From: Amoebidium appalachense
Lineage: Eukaryota > Protista > Ichthyosporea
Direction: 5' to 3'
DNA: 64,000 nt
Assembly (NCBI GenBank): GCA_963693365.1
Contig: CAVNZM010000005.1
Location: 8,068,710-8,132,709, forward strand
The notes beneath the pieces were generated by a model, which was not told the origin of the DNA, did not search any database, and was given only the letters and a program-made list of their open reading frames with translations. The first letter of the stretch is position 1. Each line of letters starts with the position of its first letter. A program made the position numbers and the translations under genes. Of this stretch, positions 18,853 to 30,989 are shown one piece after another.

Positions 18853-21800
18853 TCAGCCATGCCGATGGCCTGCCAGATGCTGCACTAACTTAAGTCTCCC
18901 TAAAGCTTTGGTGCACATGTCGGCCACGTTACTGTTCGTGCTGCAATACACAAGTTCTACATCCCCATTCTCCACACACTCACGGGTGTAGTGGTACTGA
19001 ACGTCGATGTGTTTGCTCCTGTTATGGAGCATCGGGTTCCTTGCAAGCTTGATGCTGGCCTGGTTGTCGGCGTAGATGATGGTCGCCTCACTCATATCGT
19101 AGCCCAGCTGCCCCAGCAGCTGTCGTAGCCACTTAGCCTCTTTGACTGCCAGGCACGTAGCCATATACTCCGCCTCTGTAGATGAAGTAGCCACAGTCTT
19201 CTGTTGCTTGCTGCCCCAGCTGATGGCAGATCCATTGGCAGTGAAGATGTATCCGCTCGTCGACTTACGGTCGTCGGAGTTGCCAGCGTAATCGGAGGCA
19301 GTGAATCCCTCCACTGTTGTACTCCCTCCTCGTCCTCCGCGGTAGACAATCCCGTAGTTGGTTGTCCCCTTGAGGTACCGGAGAAGATGTTTGGCTGCGT
19401 CCCAGTGTTGAAGTCCCGGGTTGCTCACGAACTTACTAAGTTCCCCCACTGCTTGTGCAATGTCTGGCCGGGTGGCCACCATTGCGTACATTAAGGAGCC
19501 CACAGCTCTGGCATAAGGAACTTGCCGCATCGCCACTCTCTCCTCCTCGCTTGCCGGACTCATGGCCTTGCTCAACACACATCGCTCCGGTAGCGGTGTT
19601 GACTTAGCCTTGCAGTCGACCATGTTGAAGCGCCGCATCAATGACTTGATGTACGTTTCCTGTGACAATTTTATATCGCCTGTTGCAGCGTCACGACTGA
19701 CCTGCACACCGAGTAGCAGCTTTGGCTCGCCGATCACCTTGACGGAGAACTTCGTCGCAACCTGCCTGACGAATTCTTGAATAAGATCATCTGTCGACGC
19801 CGCCACTAGCATGTCGTCCACATGCACAGCCACCACCGTCTTTCCACTTCCGTTGACCTTGAAGTAGACACATCGATCAGCTTCCACACGTGTGAAGCCA
19901 AGATCGACCATAGCCTCATGCATCTTCTCATTCCAGCACCTTGCTGCTTGCTTGAGGCCATACAGACTTTTGTGCAAACGACACACATAGTCTTCCTTTC
20001 CGGGTACCTCGTACCCACGCGGTTGCTGCATGTACAGCTCTTCCTTGATGTCGCCGTTCAGGAACGCCGTGACGATATCTATTTGTGTGAGGTGCATGTT
20101 CTCTGCCGCTGCCATAGCGAAGAGAAGTCTGAAGCTGGTGAACTTGGCCACCGGGGCAAAGGTCTCTTCGTAGTCTATCCCCTCTTGCTGAGAGAAGCCC
20201 CTGGCCACACCACGGGCCTTGTAGCGCTCGACACTGCCGTCGGCGTTGCGTTTCATCTTGAAGACCCACTTGAAGGAAACTGCCCGACGACCTGGTGGGA
20301 GTGGCACCAGTGACCATGTCCCATTCTTGACTAGAGATTCGTACTCCTCGTCCAGCGCAGCCTTCCACTTTGCACCATCTGGCCTGGAGATTGCTTCTTC
20401 CAGTGTCACAGGGTCATCCTCATTGCTATCAGCACTCTCAATTGCTATGCTGATACTGTCGCGGTACTCTACTACACCTGCGTTGATGCCGTAGGTCCCA
20501 CCGCGCCTTGTAGTCATAGACGGATAGGCACTTCTGGTTGCAACCTGCAACTCTGCACTATCTTCCTCGTCTCCTGACCCTGCCGCGTCCGAATCGCCGC
20601 TGTCCTCGCCCGCGCCGTCGCCGATAGCATCTGAATCATATCCACTGTCAGTGCCGATTGTAGGCTTCCGAAAGGAATGTTGCTTCTTGGCGCTGATTGG
20701 ATCCCTCGATTCCAAGCTCTGCTGATTTCCGATTGGCTTATGCATCAGCAATTCCATTGGCTCATCTTGCACCACCGGAATACCGGCCTTTGGGGTGCAT
20801 GATTCATCGATCACCACATCTCGCCCGACGATAGTCTTGCGCGCCTCGGTGTCCCACAACAAGTACGTCTTGCTGTCACCTGTGTAGCCGACGAATTTAC
20901 ACTCCCGACTCTTGGCGTCTAGCTTCCTGCGCTCGTCCTTCGGCACATGGACAAATGCCTTGCTACCAAATACACGTAGATGGCTAACATCGGGCTTCTC
21001 TCCATACCATGCCTCCCAAGGTGTCATGCCACCCAGTACTGTGGTTGGCGTCAGGTTCTTGATGTACACAGCTGCCTGTACTGCTAGCTGCCAGAACCCC
21101 ATACTCATGCCTGCTGACTGCAGCATGCAGCGCGCCGTCTCGACAATGGTCCTGTTAGCCCTCTCTGCTACACCATTCTGCTCTGGTGTGTAAGGGACTG
21201 TCGCCTCATGTTCAATGCCGCACGCTTCCAGGAACGACTTGAACTCAGTGGAGGTGTACTCACCCCCGTTGTCGGAACGCAGAATCTTGATGCTGGCACC
21301 GTGTTGCTTCTCTACGTGTGCCTTGTACTTCTTGAAGTAAGTATGCACTTGGGATTTATGTTTCATGAAGTACACCGTAGTGAACCTTGTCTTGTCGTCG
21401 ATGAAGGTGACATAATACTTGGAACCTTGCAGCGACTCCTTGTTGAACGGTCCTGCCACATCAGAATGAACTCTGTCGAGCTTCGCTGGCGCTGTCTTGC
21501 GGGGTAGCTTACTGAAAGAGAGCCGGGCTTGCTTCCCTCTCGCGCATCCCTCGCACACACCGTCATCCTGGGTTTTGCAGTCGATGCACAGACCCTCGAC
21601 GATGTTTTCTTTAACCATCTTCTGTAGCGTGTTTATTGCCACATGACCAAACCGCCGGTGCCATAAACTGGCGCTGCCCTTTACCGGCTCACACACGGTG
21701 TTACCCCCACTGCTGCCGACTGCAGTGGTCACCATGTTCACGCTCTCACATACGGGTTTCACTAGGAGACGATACAGGCCTCCCTCCACTACCCCACGGG

Positions 21801-22986
21801 CCACAACTTGGCCATCTGTGGCACTCTCAATCGTACACTGTCGACCGTCGGTGATGCCTCTTAACCCGTGCTTGCCAGCGCTTGAAGCCGACATCACGTT
21901 AGTTCCAAATGCTGGCACGTACAGCACATTCTGCAGTCTAAATGTCATGCTGTTGCCCTGGAACTCACTTGTTAATCTTACGACGCCTATTCCTAGCGCC
22001 ATCACACCCGGGGTGTTACCCAGAGCGACGGGTTTGGGTGTGATCGACCGGAAGTCTTCCATCCAGTCCTTTCGGCATGTGACATGGGAGGTTGCGCCGC
22101 AGTCCCAATACCACTCAGTTGAAGAAGGGAGTCCGCTGTTTACCGCCATGGCGAGTATCTCCTTGGAAGCTCCGTTCTGCTTCGCCTTGTCGCCGCGATT
22201 GCCGCCCTTCTTCTTCTTTGGACACTGTGACTTGTAGTGCCCAAACTTGTGACATTTGTAACACTCCACCTTGGATATGTCAGTCACGCGCGGCTTGCCG
22301 GTGTCCTGTCGTGGCGTACCGCCGCGCCATTGGGTGCTGGTCATCATCACCCGCTGCTGTTCCCTTGCAGCCTCGTTCTCCTCAAAACCACGCAGCTTGG
22401 CGATTATCTTTTCCATTGTCTTCTCAGCTGCTGGTAACGCTTGAATGGTCCTAACGTCGGTACGGAATCGGTCGTCAGCGCCTACACCGTCCAGGAATTT
22501 CTCGGCAACCATGTCCTCACTAACTCCATTGGGATCGATATGAAGAAGATCCTGCACAATGCACTCCAGGCGGGCCGCATACTCCAGCACGCTTTCCGTC
22601 GGCATCATATCAGCACGCCAGAACTGTTGAATCAACATTCTCTTGTGATCATCTGTGTTGCGCGCAGCGTATGATGCTACCGTATCCCATATGTCCTTGG
22701 GATTTCTTACGGCAATAGCTCGCCGACACAGGCTTGCAGGTACATCACCTAGTGTCTCCACCAGGTAGGAAGTCGCCTTCTTCTGATCCAAGGGGTCGAT
22801 CTCCACCGGAGGTTGCTCCACCGGTTCGCCGTCCTCTCCTATCACTTCAGGAGCCACGTCTTCAATCGTGTACCATAATTCCTCGCCCTCGAGGAAGCAC
22901 TTCATGCGCATGGCCCACATTGAGTAGGAGATTTTGCCCTTGCCTTCTCCTTCATACATGGGAACTGGACATTTTGCTCTTCCCAT
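18853..22986 (-). CDS. Copia gag-pol polyprotein (gag, zinc knuckle, protease, integrase, RT, RNase H), 1377 aa
   Basis: CYKCHKFGHYKSQC; WYWDCGATSHV; LWHRRFGH; HSDVAGP..RSDNGGEY..PEQNGVAERANRT; YKARGVARGFSQQEGIDYEETFAPV, KSLYGLKQA, VHVDDML; SSTEAEY..DNQASI..SKHID. The integrase-before-RT order defines copia. Confidence 0.98.
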   Translation of the reverse strand: MGRAKCPVPMYEGEGKGKISYSMWAMRMKCFLEGEELWYTIEDVAPEVIGEDGEPVEQPPVEIDPLDQKKATSYLVETLGDVPASLCRRAIAVRNPKDIWDTVASYAARNTDDHKRMLIQQFWRADMMPTESVLEYAARLECIVQDLLHIDPNGVSEDMVAEKFLDGVGADDRFRTDVRTIQALPAAEKTMEKIIAKLRGFEENEAAREQQRVMMTSTQWRGGTPRQDTGKPRVTDISKVECYKCHKFGHYKSQCPKKKKGGNRGDKAKQNGASKEILAMAVNSGLPSSTEWYWDCGATSHVTCRKDWMEDFRSITPKPVALGNTPGVMALGIGVVRLTSEFQGNSMTFRLQNVLYVPAFGTNVMSASSAGKHGLRGITDGRQCTIESATDGQVVARGVVEGGLYRLLVKPVCESVNMVTTAVGSSGGNTVCEPVKGSASLWHRRFGHVAINTLQKMVKENIVEGLCIDCKTQDDGVCEGCARGKQARLSFSKLPRKTAPAKLDRVHSDVAGPFNKESLQGSKYYVTFIDDKTRFTTVYFMKHKSQVHTYFKKYKAHVEKQHGASIKILRSDNGGEYTSTEFKSFLEACGIEHEATVPYTPEQNGVAERANRTIVETARCMLQSAGMSMGFWQLAVQAAVYIKNLTPTTVLGGMTPWEAWYGEKPDVSHLRVFGSKAFVHVPKDERRKLDAKSRECKFVGYTGDSKTYLLWDTEARKTIVGRDVVIDESCTPKAGIPVVQDEPMELLMHKPIGNQQSLESRDPISAKKQHSFRKPTIGTDSGYDSDAIGDGAGEDSGDSDAAGSGDEEDSAELQVATRSAYPSMTTRRGGTYGINAGVVEYRDSISIAIESADSNEDDPVTLEEAISRPDGAKWKAALDEEYESLVKNGTWSLVPLPPGRRAVSFKWVFKMKRNADGSVERYKARGVARGFSQQEGIDYEETFAPVAKFTSFRLLFAMAAAENMHLTQIDIVTAFLNGDIKEELYMQQPRGYEVPGKEDYVCRLHKSLYGLKQAARCWNEKMHEAMVDLGFTRVEADRCVYFKVNGSGKTVVAVHVDDMLVAASTDDLIQEFVRQVATKFSVKVIGEPKLLLGVQVSRDAATGDIKLSQETYIKSLMRRFNMVDCKAKSTPLPERCVLSKAMSPASEEERVAMRQVPYARAVGSLMYAMVATRPDIAQAVGELSKFVSNPGLQHWDAAKHLLRYLKGTTNYGIVYRGGRGGSTTVEGFTASDYAGNSDDRKSTSGYIFTANGSAISWGSKQQKTVATSSTEAEYMATCLAVKEAKWLRQLLGQLGYDMSEATIIYADNQASIKLARNPMLHNRSKHIDVQYHYTRECVENGDVELVYCSTNSNVADMCTKALGRLKLVQHLAGHRHG

Positions 22987-23020
22987 CTTGTCTCAACAGT
23001 CGCTTGATCGTAGCGTTGTA

Positions 23021-23034
23021 CTGGGCCCATAACC
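23021..23034 (-). other. Primer binding site GGTTATGGGCCCAG, complementary to the 5' half of initiator tRNA-Met
   Basis: The plus strand reads ctgggcccataacc directly against the LTR; same PBS type as Drosophila copia. Confidence 0.9.
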
Positions 23035-23339
23035 GTAACTTAGAGGTTTCTCTGTGAGACTTTATTATTTGCTGACTTCCATTGACTGGCCGGCCGGGAC
23101 CTTTATATACTTGTGGTCTGGCTCACTGGAATGTTACATACTATTCCCGATTGGTCTACCCGCCGCTATGGATCTAGTCGCTACCAATCAAAGCACTCCA
23201 ATAGAATCTTCTAGACTCTTCTAGATCTATCCTGATCTATCGTGAACCTATCCACCAGTTTATCCCGAATATCTCGAATATTCCCGATCACTAGTGCTAC
23301 GCTAACGCAGGGCATACCGGATGGCTATCCTGTTCGACA
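23035..23339 (-). repeat. 5' LTR of the copia element (~305 bp)
   Basis: TG start at 23339, TATA-like gtatataaag (~23110), AATAAA (~23067). The inner end reads ..GTTAC rather than the canonical ..CA. Confidence 0.85.
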
Positions 23340-24924
23340 TGCGGAACGTGCTGCGAGTAGTGTTGCGTTTGCGCTTGGCGGTGGTGTGCAGGTTGTCATA
23401 GGGCTGTACACCGGGAATGTCTATAGCTTCGGTCATGGGGAAGCGGGTGTTTGTGTTGTGCTTGGCGGTGGGAGGGGGTGTAGGGGGTGCGGTGAATGCA
23501 CAGCCTACAAAATTCCCAATATCCAGTGTCATGTTTGCGCTGTTGTAGCCGTAGCTGGGGCTAGCGGGTGGATAGGCCGGACGCATGTTGCGCTTGGGTG
23601 TGTTGTTGTTGTTGGACACTTGCATGTGGAGGGTGGGGTTGGTATTGTTGGTGTTGGAATTAAGAGACCGGTTGTCGTTCATTTTCATGTGGTTGGCTAC
23701 TGCGCGGTGCACGACACTACACTCGTCTGTGTAATGCGAAAAAGAGTCAGGATGGGCGATACACATGGGTTGGGGTTGGTTTTGTGTTTGTGTGGAGGGG
23801 TTGGGTGGTGTTGCTGGGTTGGGTGGGGGTTGGGTGGTGTGTGTGGATGCTCGGTAGGAGGGGTGTAAAGGGCGGTGGCGCATGCGGTTGCGTCGAGCGG
23901 AAAGGTAGGGGTTGTAACGTGTGTTTGGTGGTGTGGAAGCGTTTGTGGTTGTTTGTTTGTGTGCAGAGTTGGGGTAGGAGGAGGATGGGTTTGGCTCCTG
24001 CACTACATGCACGGTGTTTGCATAGGACACACGTTTTTTCCCGTGAGTGATTGCACCTTGATAATCACATGCACGCCTCAATTTATTTAAATCATAGGGA
24101 GCATCATCAGGTAGCCTTTCTTTAAGATTATCAGAAAGACCTTCCCACACCTTGTAACTAAAATCCGGGCCACTTGTGGGTTGTTTTGCACGTTGCGCTA
24201 ATTTACGTTTTTGCGCAAAATATTCCCTAAATGATTGGTTATTTTCCATGTGAAATTTATTGTATTTGGTAGTGGCAGCAATTAACATGGCCGGATTATT
24301 AAATTCATCCCTCAATAAATCTTCGAGAGTTTCATAAACCCTGTACCATTGCCCCTTTTTGGAATAAAGGTTATCTAAATTTTGGTTATCCATGATTTCG
24401 CGCGCCATCCCGCGGCAATTATTAACCAATAGAACGCACCGATAATAATCATTCATGCCAACACGATTAGCATGAGAGTTAATATGAGTGAGAAAATTCT
24501 CCAAGTGTGTAGAATTCGAATTATTATTGTTTTCGGCAGTGTCGTCCTTAGGGTCACCTGAAAACTTGGGGCCAGTGTACTTACTTAGAGATCGATCTTC
24601 AGAAAAAGTCTTTTTGTGTGAATTTTCAGAATTTTTGTTTTGATTTTTGTGGTTTTCGTTATTTATGTTGTTGATGTTGTTTTTGTTGTTTTCGTTTTTG
24701 TTGTTGTTGTTTTGCTTGTGGTTATTGTTGCCAGAATTTTCGTTTTGTGAATCATTATCACTTGTGTCGTTTACATTTGTGCGCCCACTGTCATTACTGC
24801 TGTTTTCATCGTGGGAGTTATTTTCGTCTCCTGAGGATGCAACATCCTGCATTTCTGTGTCGCTATCACTCAGCTCGTATTCAGAGCCAGACTTTGTACT
24901 GGAACTACGTGTGCGGGGTGCCAT
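23340..24924 (-). pseudogene. Ty3/gypsy-like gag interrupted by the copia insertion; pol not present in the window
   Basis: PKFSGDP..LENFLTHI..FNNP..YNKFHMENNQSFREYFAQKRKLA (retrotransposon capsid-like) and C-x2-H-x5-H-x4-C (CIAHPDSFSHYTDEC). The last 12 residues of the track ORF are copia LTR sequence. Confidence 0.75.
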
Positions 24925-25045
24925 GTTGATACACAGAATGTGCTGTAGTGCACGTGCAATGTGTATGTATGTGTGTAAATAACCGTCGGAGAGAAGGAGT
25001 GGAGGGGTGCTGAAGCTGTTGTAGGCCGAAGAAGAACCGTAGACT

Positions 25046-25056
25046 CTCTGCTACCA
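25046..25056 (-). other. PBS TGGTAGCAGAG (3' end of initiator tRNA-Met) of the gypsy-like element
   Basis: Plus strand ctctgctacca, ~120 bp upstream of the gag ATG. Confidence 0.8.
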
Positions 25057-25059
25057 CGT

Positions 25060-26055
25060 TGAGGACCGTGACGGCGGTCTGTTACACACTAAGTATGGCA
25101 ATTTATGAATACTTGGACGTTTATTGATGCTCATAAGCTGTGGCAACCTGGCCGTAATGTAGATGTGACGAGGGAACTGTACGTGACTGTATCAATACGA
25201 TGGCCTACAGGCAATAGTGATGACCATAGACAAGCAATGCCTATTCGCTATGCGTGTTATTTCCCTTAGTTGTGACCATGTACTAAGAAGGGGAAAGACC
25301 CTGTCTAACTAACGAATTCTAACTACCTTTTATACTTTCTAGCGCTCTTGGCTACACTAAATATTATGTTAAAAGAGTTCCGACATCTATGTACAAAGTG
25401 CGCGGCTACAGATCTAACCAATCAATCTATTCGATCTATTCTTTGCTCACTATGATGTCATCCTATAAGACCTTATGAGTGGATCCGGCTCACAGCTACT
25501 TATCATATAGAGACAGCACGTACAGGGCATATTTACATTACAAGTTACTACATATTTCTCTAGAATGACAGATATATATCAGCCTTATATCATTGTTAAT
25601 TATTTACACACTTCCGTTAATTGATTTCATCTCTCTGTAAGAATATAAGTACAAACCTCATGGCAATCTTTCGCCGGCGGCTCGTGGCTCTTGGCTCATG
25701 GCTTTTCGCCATATACAGCTAAGTCTATTGATTGTTCATTCGCTCACACTCATTCACAACATTCCATAATTAGATTGCCTTTCGCGTACAGGTACACGCG
25801 TATACATGTGTTCATTGTTTAAGACGTAATATGTTAGCAAAAATGTGTTACACTAATAACGGGAATAAACCTTCGTAATCTTTTACATGCCTCTGGTAAG
25901 ATAGATGGCTCATGGGAGCTTCCCATGGTCTCCAGACACGTGGTTATAAGACATGATCAGGATACATTGCACGGACATACGGCCGTGTTTATTTCAATTT
26001 ATTGATCTAGGATCTGGCCAATCAAATCAGTGTACAAGGATGCCTTCCTTTCGGC
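25060..26055 (-). repeat. Probable 5' LTR of the gypsy-like element; outer end not determinable
   Basis: Lies immediately upstream of the PBS; minus-strand AATAAA (~25125) and TATAAAAG (~25335). No second copy is available to fix the boundary. Confidence 0.4.
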
Positions 26056-26399
26056 TGTGGGTAACCTAAATCATATGTAATTGATACAAAAGAGATGTAA
26101 TTTGATATGCAATACATATAGGTTGTGCATAGATTTATTACCGAAAATGAGGTTCATTAGATATACTGATAGCTATGTATATAGGCATAGAATACCTATA
26201 TTGACTATATACAGTCAGGTCACCAATAGACCTCATAATAGTTGCCAAGTAGACCAAAGCATAGATATCCAACATGCATCCCAGTATATATGCACTGGAT
26301 CAGTAAATGAACAACGAAAATGGATGTGATAGACGACCAAAAGACACCCTTTAGATATCGGCCCTTGCATATATTATATATATAAATAGACATATAGGC

Positions 26400-27440
26400 A
26401 GAAATCCGAACAACGTGTCTGGATATGTATTCTATATCCACAGTGATATCTAATACTCATCCGTTGCATGTATATCCTAAGGACTAATCTAATATATGAG
26501 TGATATCCAATCGGATATCATCACTTCCGTGTCTGGATATGCACTACATCAGCAAAGGCCACCCACCCATCCATTCGGTATCATTCGGGCATCATGGATA
26601 TTAGAATGATAGTACCCATACACGAACCCACCCTTCATCCAACAATATATCAGTCTGATACTCTTTTTGTTAAATCCTAATATCCGGTTATTTTAAGATA
26701 TTAGAATGATATCCATGTCTAGATATCATTCTGATATTGGAATAGCCCCCGAAAAAGCCCGAAAAGCCCCCGAAAAAAGGCGTTGTTCTACTTGTTGCTC
26801 TATCCTTTGGCCATCCCGCTATGTATCATTCTGATAACATAATAGATATTGGAATGATACATACCCTCAAATGCTCTACGTTTTCAGATAGGGGTAAACA
26901 TATCTGAATGAGACTTGAATAGTACATTACAAAGTACAAAAAGTGCCCTCGTTGGTCATAAACGGTTATCCAAATGATATCATAATGATATCATTGCAAG
27001 AACGGGAGGTGTATTATAATATCTTTGTATGCCCTATTATGGTATTGGTATGATAGAAGAAAATGAAATTATCTTCCTTTCCTGATATCAGAATGGTCTC
27101 ATTCTAATACCGTGAATGATATCCAAATGATATCTATTGTAGAAAAGGGGGTGTATTATAATATCTTTGAATGCCCTATTATGGTATTGGTATGATAGAG
27201 GAAAATGTAGCGAAATTCCTTTCCTAATATCATATTGGTGTCATTCTAATATCGTGAATTCCAAAACCTCATATCATAATAGCACTATTCCAATATCTTA
27301 AAATCGTGGAACATTTAAATCTGTACCCTATTATAGTATCATAATTGAGAGACATGTATATCATTATGGTCACCTTTGATTGTCGTTGTGGGCATCATAA
27401 TGGTCACTTAAAATATATCATTCGTGTACCATAATGGTAC
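26400..27440. repeat. AATGATAT/GATATC-rich low-complexity block with a ~143-bp imperfect direct repeat; subterminal-repeat-like
   Basis: atccaaatgatat..ggtgtattataatatctttg..atggtattggtatgataga occurs twice (~26970-27115 and ~27113-27258). Shares gatattggaatgata with the 147-bp array. Confidence 0.7.
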
Positions 27441-27470
27441 CATTTTATTGATTCGTTCCGTCGTCGACGT

Positions 27471-27501
<31 letters not shown>

Positions 27502-27797
27502 CGATCTGCTATTAGCACTAAACTGTATTCAGACTTAGAAAACAAAAAAAAAATTTCTAAGTAAATCTCAAAAAAAAAAAAAAAATTTTTTTTCTAAGTA
27601 AATCTCAAAAAAATTTCTAAGTCTCGCTCAAAGAGAACTACGTATCATGATGTTTTTCAAAAGTTCTAAGACACACGCCCAGCGTGTGTTAATACCGTCA
27701 CATTTTAACCTTCCAAACAACCAAAATAAAACATAACAATATACTAACATTTTTGTTAGTTAGTATACTAAATTATTATTTCTTTTAGTCTTGTGGT

Positions 27798-29017
27798 TCA
27801 ATATCTTGGGGGGATCTTTATGGGTGATTTTGCGGGCCGCTTATTGGCGACGCGCGACGCCTCGTCGCTGCTGCCGCTCTCACGCTCCTTGTCCCCCGCA
27901 CCGCCAACCACCGACCTGTTGCCGTCCAACAGCTTGAGGTCCACCACCTTCTCGTTGGACTGCTTCGTGGAGGGCTTGTCGTCTCCCTTCTCGTCTTGCA
28001 CATCAGCTGACAGGCTGAGGACTGCCTTCTCCCGGGCCTTGCAGATCTTTTCCCAGGTCTTTGCATACTGGGTTGGGACAGAAGGAGATTGTGTGAGTGT
28101 TTTTGGCTTTTCTGGCTAGCCTGAGCATGTATGTACCTGGGAAAAATGCTATCACAATGTTACCATACCAAACCTAAAGATGACATGATAGGATGATACT
28201 TGCCCACACTTAGGAGATATCCTTAAAACACTACGATGATACGTAACCCATACATACGACTTATCAATATCATCTTTTCGATATCCATACGTTGTCTTTC
28301 GGACCGGAGCTAAAACACAATGATGGGGGGGGGGGGGGGGGGGGGGGGGGTTGAATGCAGAACACGGTACGAAATACGCATACACGATGAGAAGCATGGT
28401 GCAGGACACATGCAAAGGCAAACATTCAAGTATGCAACATCAGCCATGTGCACAGTATGCGTCATAAGCAGAGCCCATCCTCAGGGAGGACCCGGGGGGG
28501 GGGGGGGGGGGGGGGGGGGGGTAGTTGTTTACCTTGCTGATCTCTGATGGCCGAGCACCACCCTCGTAGTCAGGCATGTCAGCTCCATACTTCACAGCTG
28601 ACCACGAAATCTGAGTGGCAGACTTGTGGGCCATTGGATCCCGCAGTCCGCACTCAAATGTGTGGAGCATGAAGCTGAAGAGCTCGGGCAACGCCTTTTG
28701 AAACTCCTGTGTGGGTGTTGGTGTGTGTGTTGCGTGTACGTACACGTAAGCATGTGTGTATGTGGTGATGAGGAAAGGGGGTATTCTCCATTAGCAGCAA
28801 ATAAAACCGAATTCGACAATGAAAAATCTGAAATGACTTGAGGAAGTGGGAAGCTGAATGGATACTGGATAACCATGCATGTACCGTTTCTCTGAGTGAT
28901 AAGAATTTGATGTCTTGTGTGGTTATGTGTTGGTGATTCGTACGTGGGACAACAGGGGGAAGTGGGAGGGAGGGAGTGGGAGGGAGGGAGTGGGAGGGAG
29001 GGAGTGGGAGTGAGTGT

Positions 29018-29048
<31 letters not shown>

Positions 29049-29443
29049 GGGGGGGGGTCACAGTGCATTAAGAATGAACCAATAAGGAAGAACAACAACA
29101 TTAAACATGAATAAGCATGTTAAAAAAAGCAGCATGAGAAGATTTCGTCTTTGATTGGGGTGGGGTGTGTGTGTGGGGGGGGGGGGGGGGGGGGGGGGGG
29201 GGTAATGGGCACAAACGTTTAGTGTCTTGAAGCTGCTGAGGCGGTTCTTGATGTAGGAGCCGTTGATGGGGGACATGCATTGGGGTGGGGGGGGGGATCG
29301 ACGCTGTACATGCGGCCACAGGGATGGTTGTTGCACTCAACTTGAACCTCCACCAACCACCCCTACCACGTCTTCTTGCGGTACCTAACCTGGTCTGCCA
29401 ACTTGTTGGGGTCGGCCGCATTGACAGGGGCAACCTGGAACAT
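27798..29443 (-). pseudogene. Last three exons of unknown cargo gene, copy A (paralog of 38581-44952)
   Basis: Exons 29443-29217 (internal TAG and a frameshift), 28706-28533, 28067-27798. Peptides PCGRMYSVDP, LPELFSFMLHTFECGLRDPMAHK..DYEGGARPS and YAKTWEKI align with copy B, with the same intron positions. Confidence 0.75.
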
Positions 29444-30039
29444 CTGTGTTGGTGGGCATGGAGGCATTTGACAGTTTTTTGGAAGGGGGGGAGGGGGGAG
29501 GGGGGGGGAGGGGGGAGGGGCTTTTGGTGTGTGTGTGTTTTTTTGTATGTGTGGGTGGGGAAGTGAGTGAGTGAGTGTGTGTGTGTGTTTGGAAGGGGGG
29601 GGGGGGGGGGTTAGAATGAATGAATAACACTAAATGCTAACATGTGAAACACGTTGTGCTGAAAGACAAAAGCACAAACTTATGAAGTCTAGAGAAGCAG
29701 AAAATAGCTTGAACGACTGGTGGAAGGGATGATAGCTATAGTGCTAACAGCAAAAGTAGTGCCCACAGTCGCTGGTTCATGAACGTGAAAAGGCAACGTG
29801 CATCTGCAGCCAGCAGAACACACGCACACGCACGCACACACACACACATACACACACACGCACACAGACACAGATATAATCACAGGCACGGACACAGACC
29901 AGACAGACAAACGCCATATGCACAAAAGCAGGCAACACAAAACTAACCTTCAAACCCTTTCGCCGTGGGGCGGGAAAGGACCTGCGGACCTCCGGGAAGG
30001 GGGAAGAGAAATGGAGCAAACAACGTGCGTACAGGCTTA

Positions 30040-30180
30040 AACGGACAAAAAATTGCAAACCGGATTGGGTTTAGCCAATCACTATTTGCTATAGACCGGT
30101 TTAGTAACCGCCGCGCCTGATTAGGGAAAAGATAAAAATAGATTTCGGCTCGCGCGCGCGCGTGCATCAGCTTGGTGCCC
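30040..30180 (-). promoter_or_regulatory. Outward-facing promoter-like block in the left arm
   Basis: Opposed CCAAT boxes (ggattgg, gccaatc) and a (CG)n tract, followed on the minus strand by a pyrimidine-rich leader and donor AAG|GTTAGT (~29947). Confidence 0.4.
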
Positions 30181-30332
30181 TCACACACAGCACATGCACA
30201 CACAAGTGCACGCACGCACACACACTGTTATCCCTGATCATGATGCCCCCTCCCCCCCTCCCTCTTCCCCCCCCCCGCGCACCCCCCCCCCCCATACTCA
30301 CACTCACACCCACAGCTCATGCTCACACTCAA

Positions 30333-30389
<57 letters not shown>

Positions 30390-30421
30390 GCGCGCGCACG
30401 CACACACACTCAGACATGCAC

Positions 30422-30459
<38 letters not shown>

Positions 30460-30948
30460 CGCGCACACACAGGCGCGCACACACACACAGGCGCACACCT
30501 ACACAACACACACAGCACATGCACACACAAGTGCACGCACGCACACACACTGTTATCCCTGATCATGATGCCCCCTCCCCCCCTCCCTCTTCCCCCCCCG
30601 CGCACCCCCCCCCCCCCCCCCCCCCCCACCCACCCACCTACAAAGACGAAAACGTTTATCTGTGTTCCAGACCGTGTGCGCTCTACTCCTCTCCCCTCTC
30701 CCGCACACAATGAGCCCCCCCTCCTCCCCCCCCCCCCCCCCTGTGCATGCAGGAACGCACACATATGCACACGTGCGCATACATCATATATATGGCGGTT
30801 GAGTCACAACCCATTTGCAAACCACACACGTGTGCACGCATGGACGTCGCGCACACACACAACGGCACACACACATAAATGCTCGCGCGCTCACAGCACA
30901 CATACACACACACTCACTCACAAACACGCACACACACACACACACACA

Positions 30949-30989
<41 letters not shown>

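Larger units (their letters stand above)
18589..23339 (-). mobile_element. Ty1/copia LTR retrotransposon (half-tRNAiMet-primed type), 3' LTR truncated
   Basis: 5' LTR 23339-23035 begins TGTCGAAC; PBS at 23034-23021; single gag-pol ORF; purine tract then a 3' LTR remnant at 18715-18589 identical to 23339-23213. Confidence 0.95.

Noticed and set aside
19092-23868. Small alternative-frame and antisense ORFs within the copia and gag regions
   Set aside because: Shadows of the long retroelement ORFs with no independent motifs.
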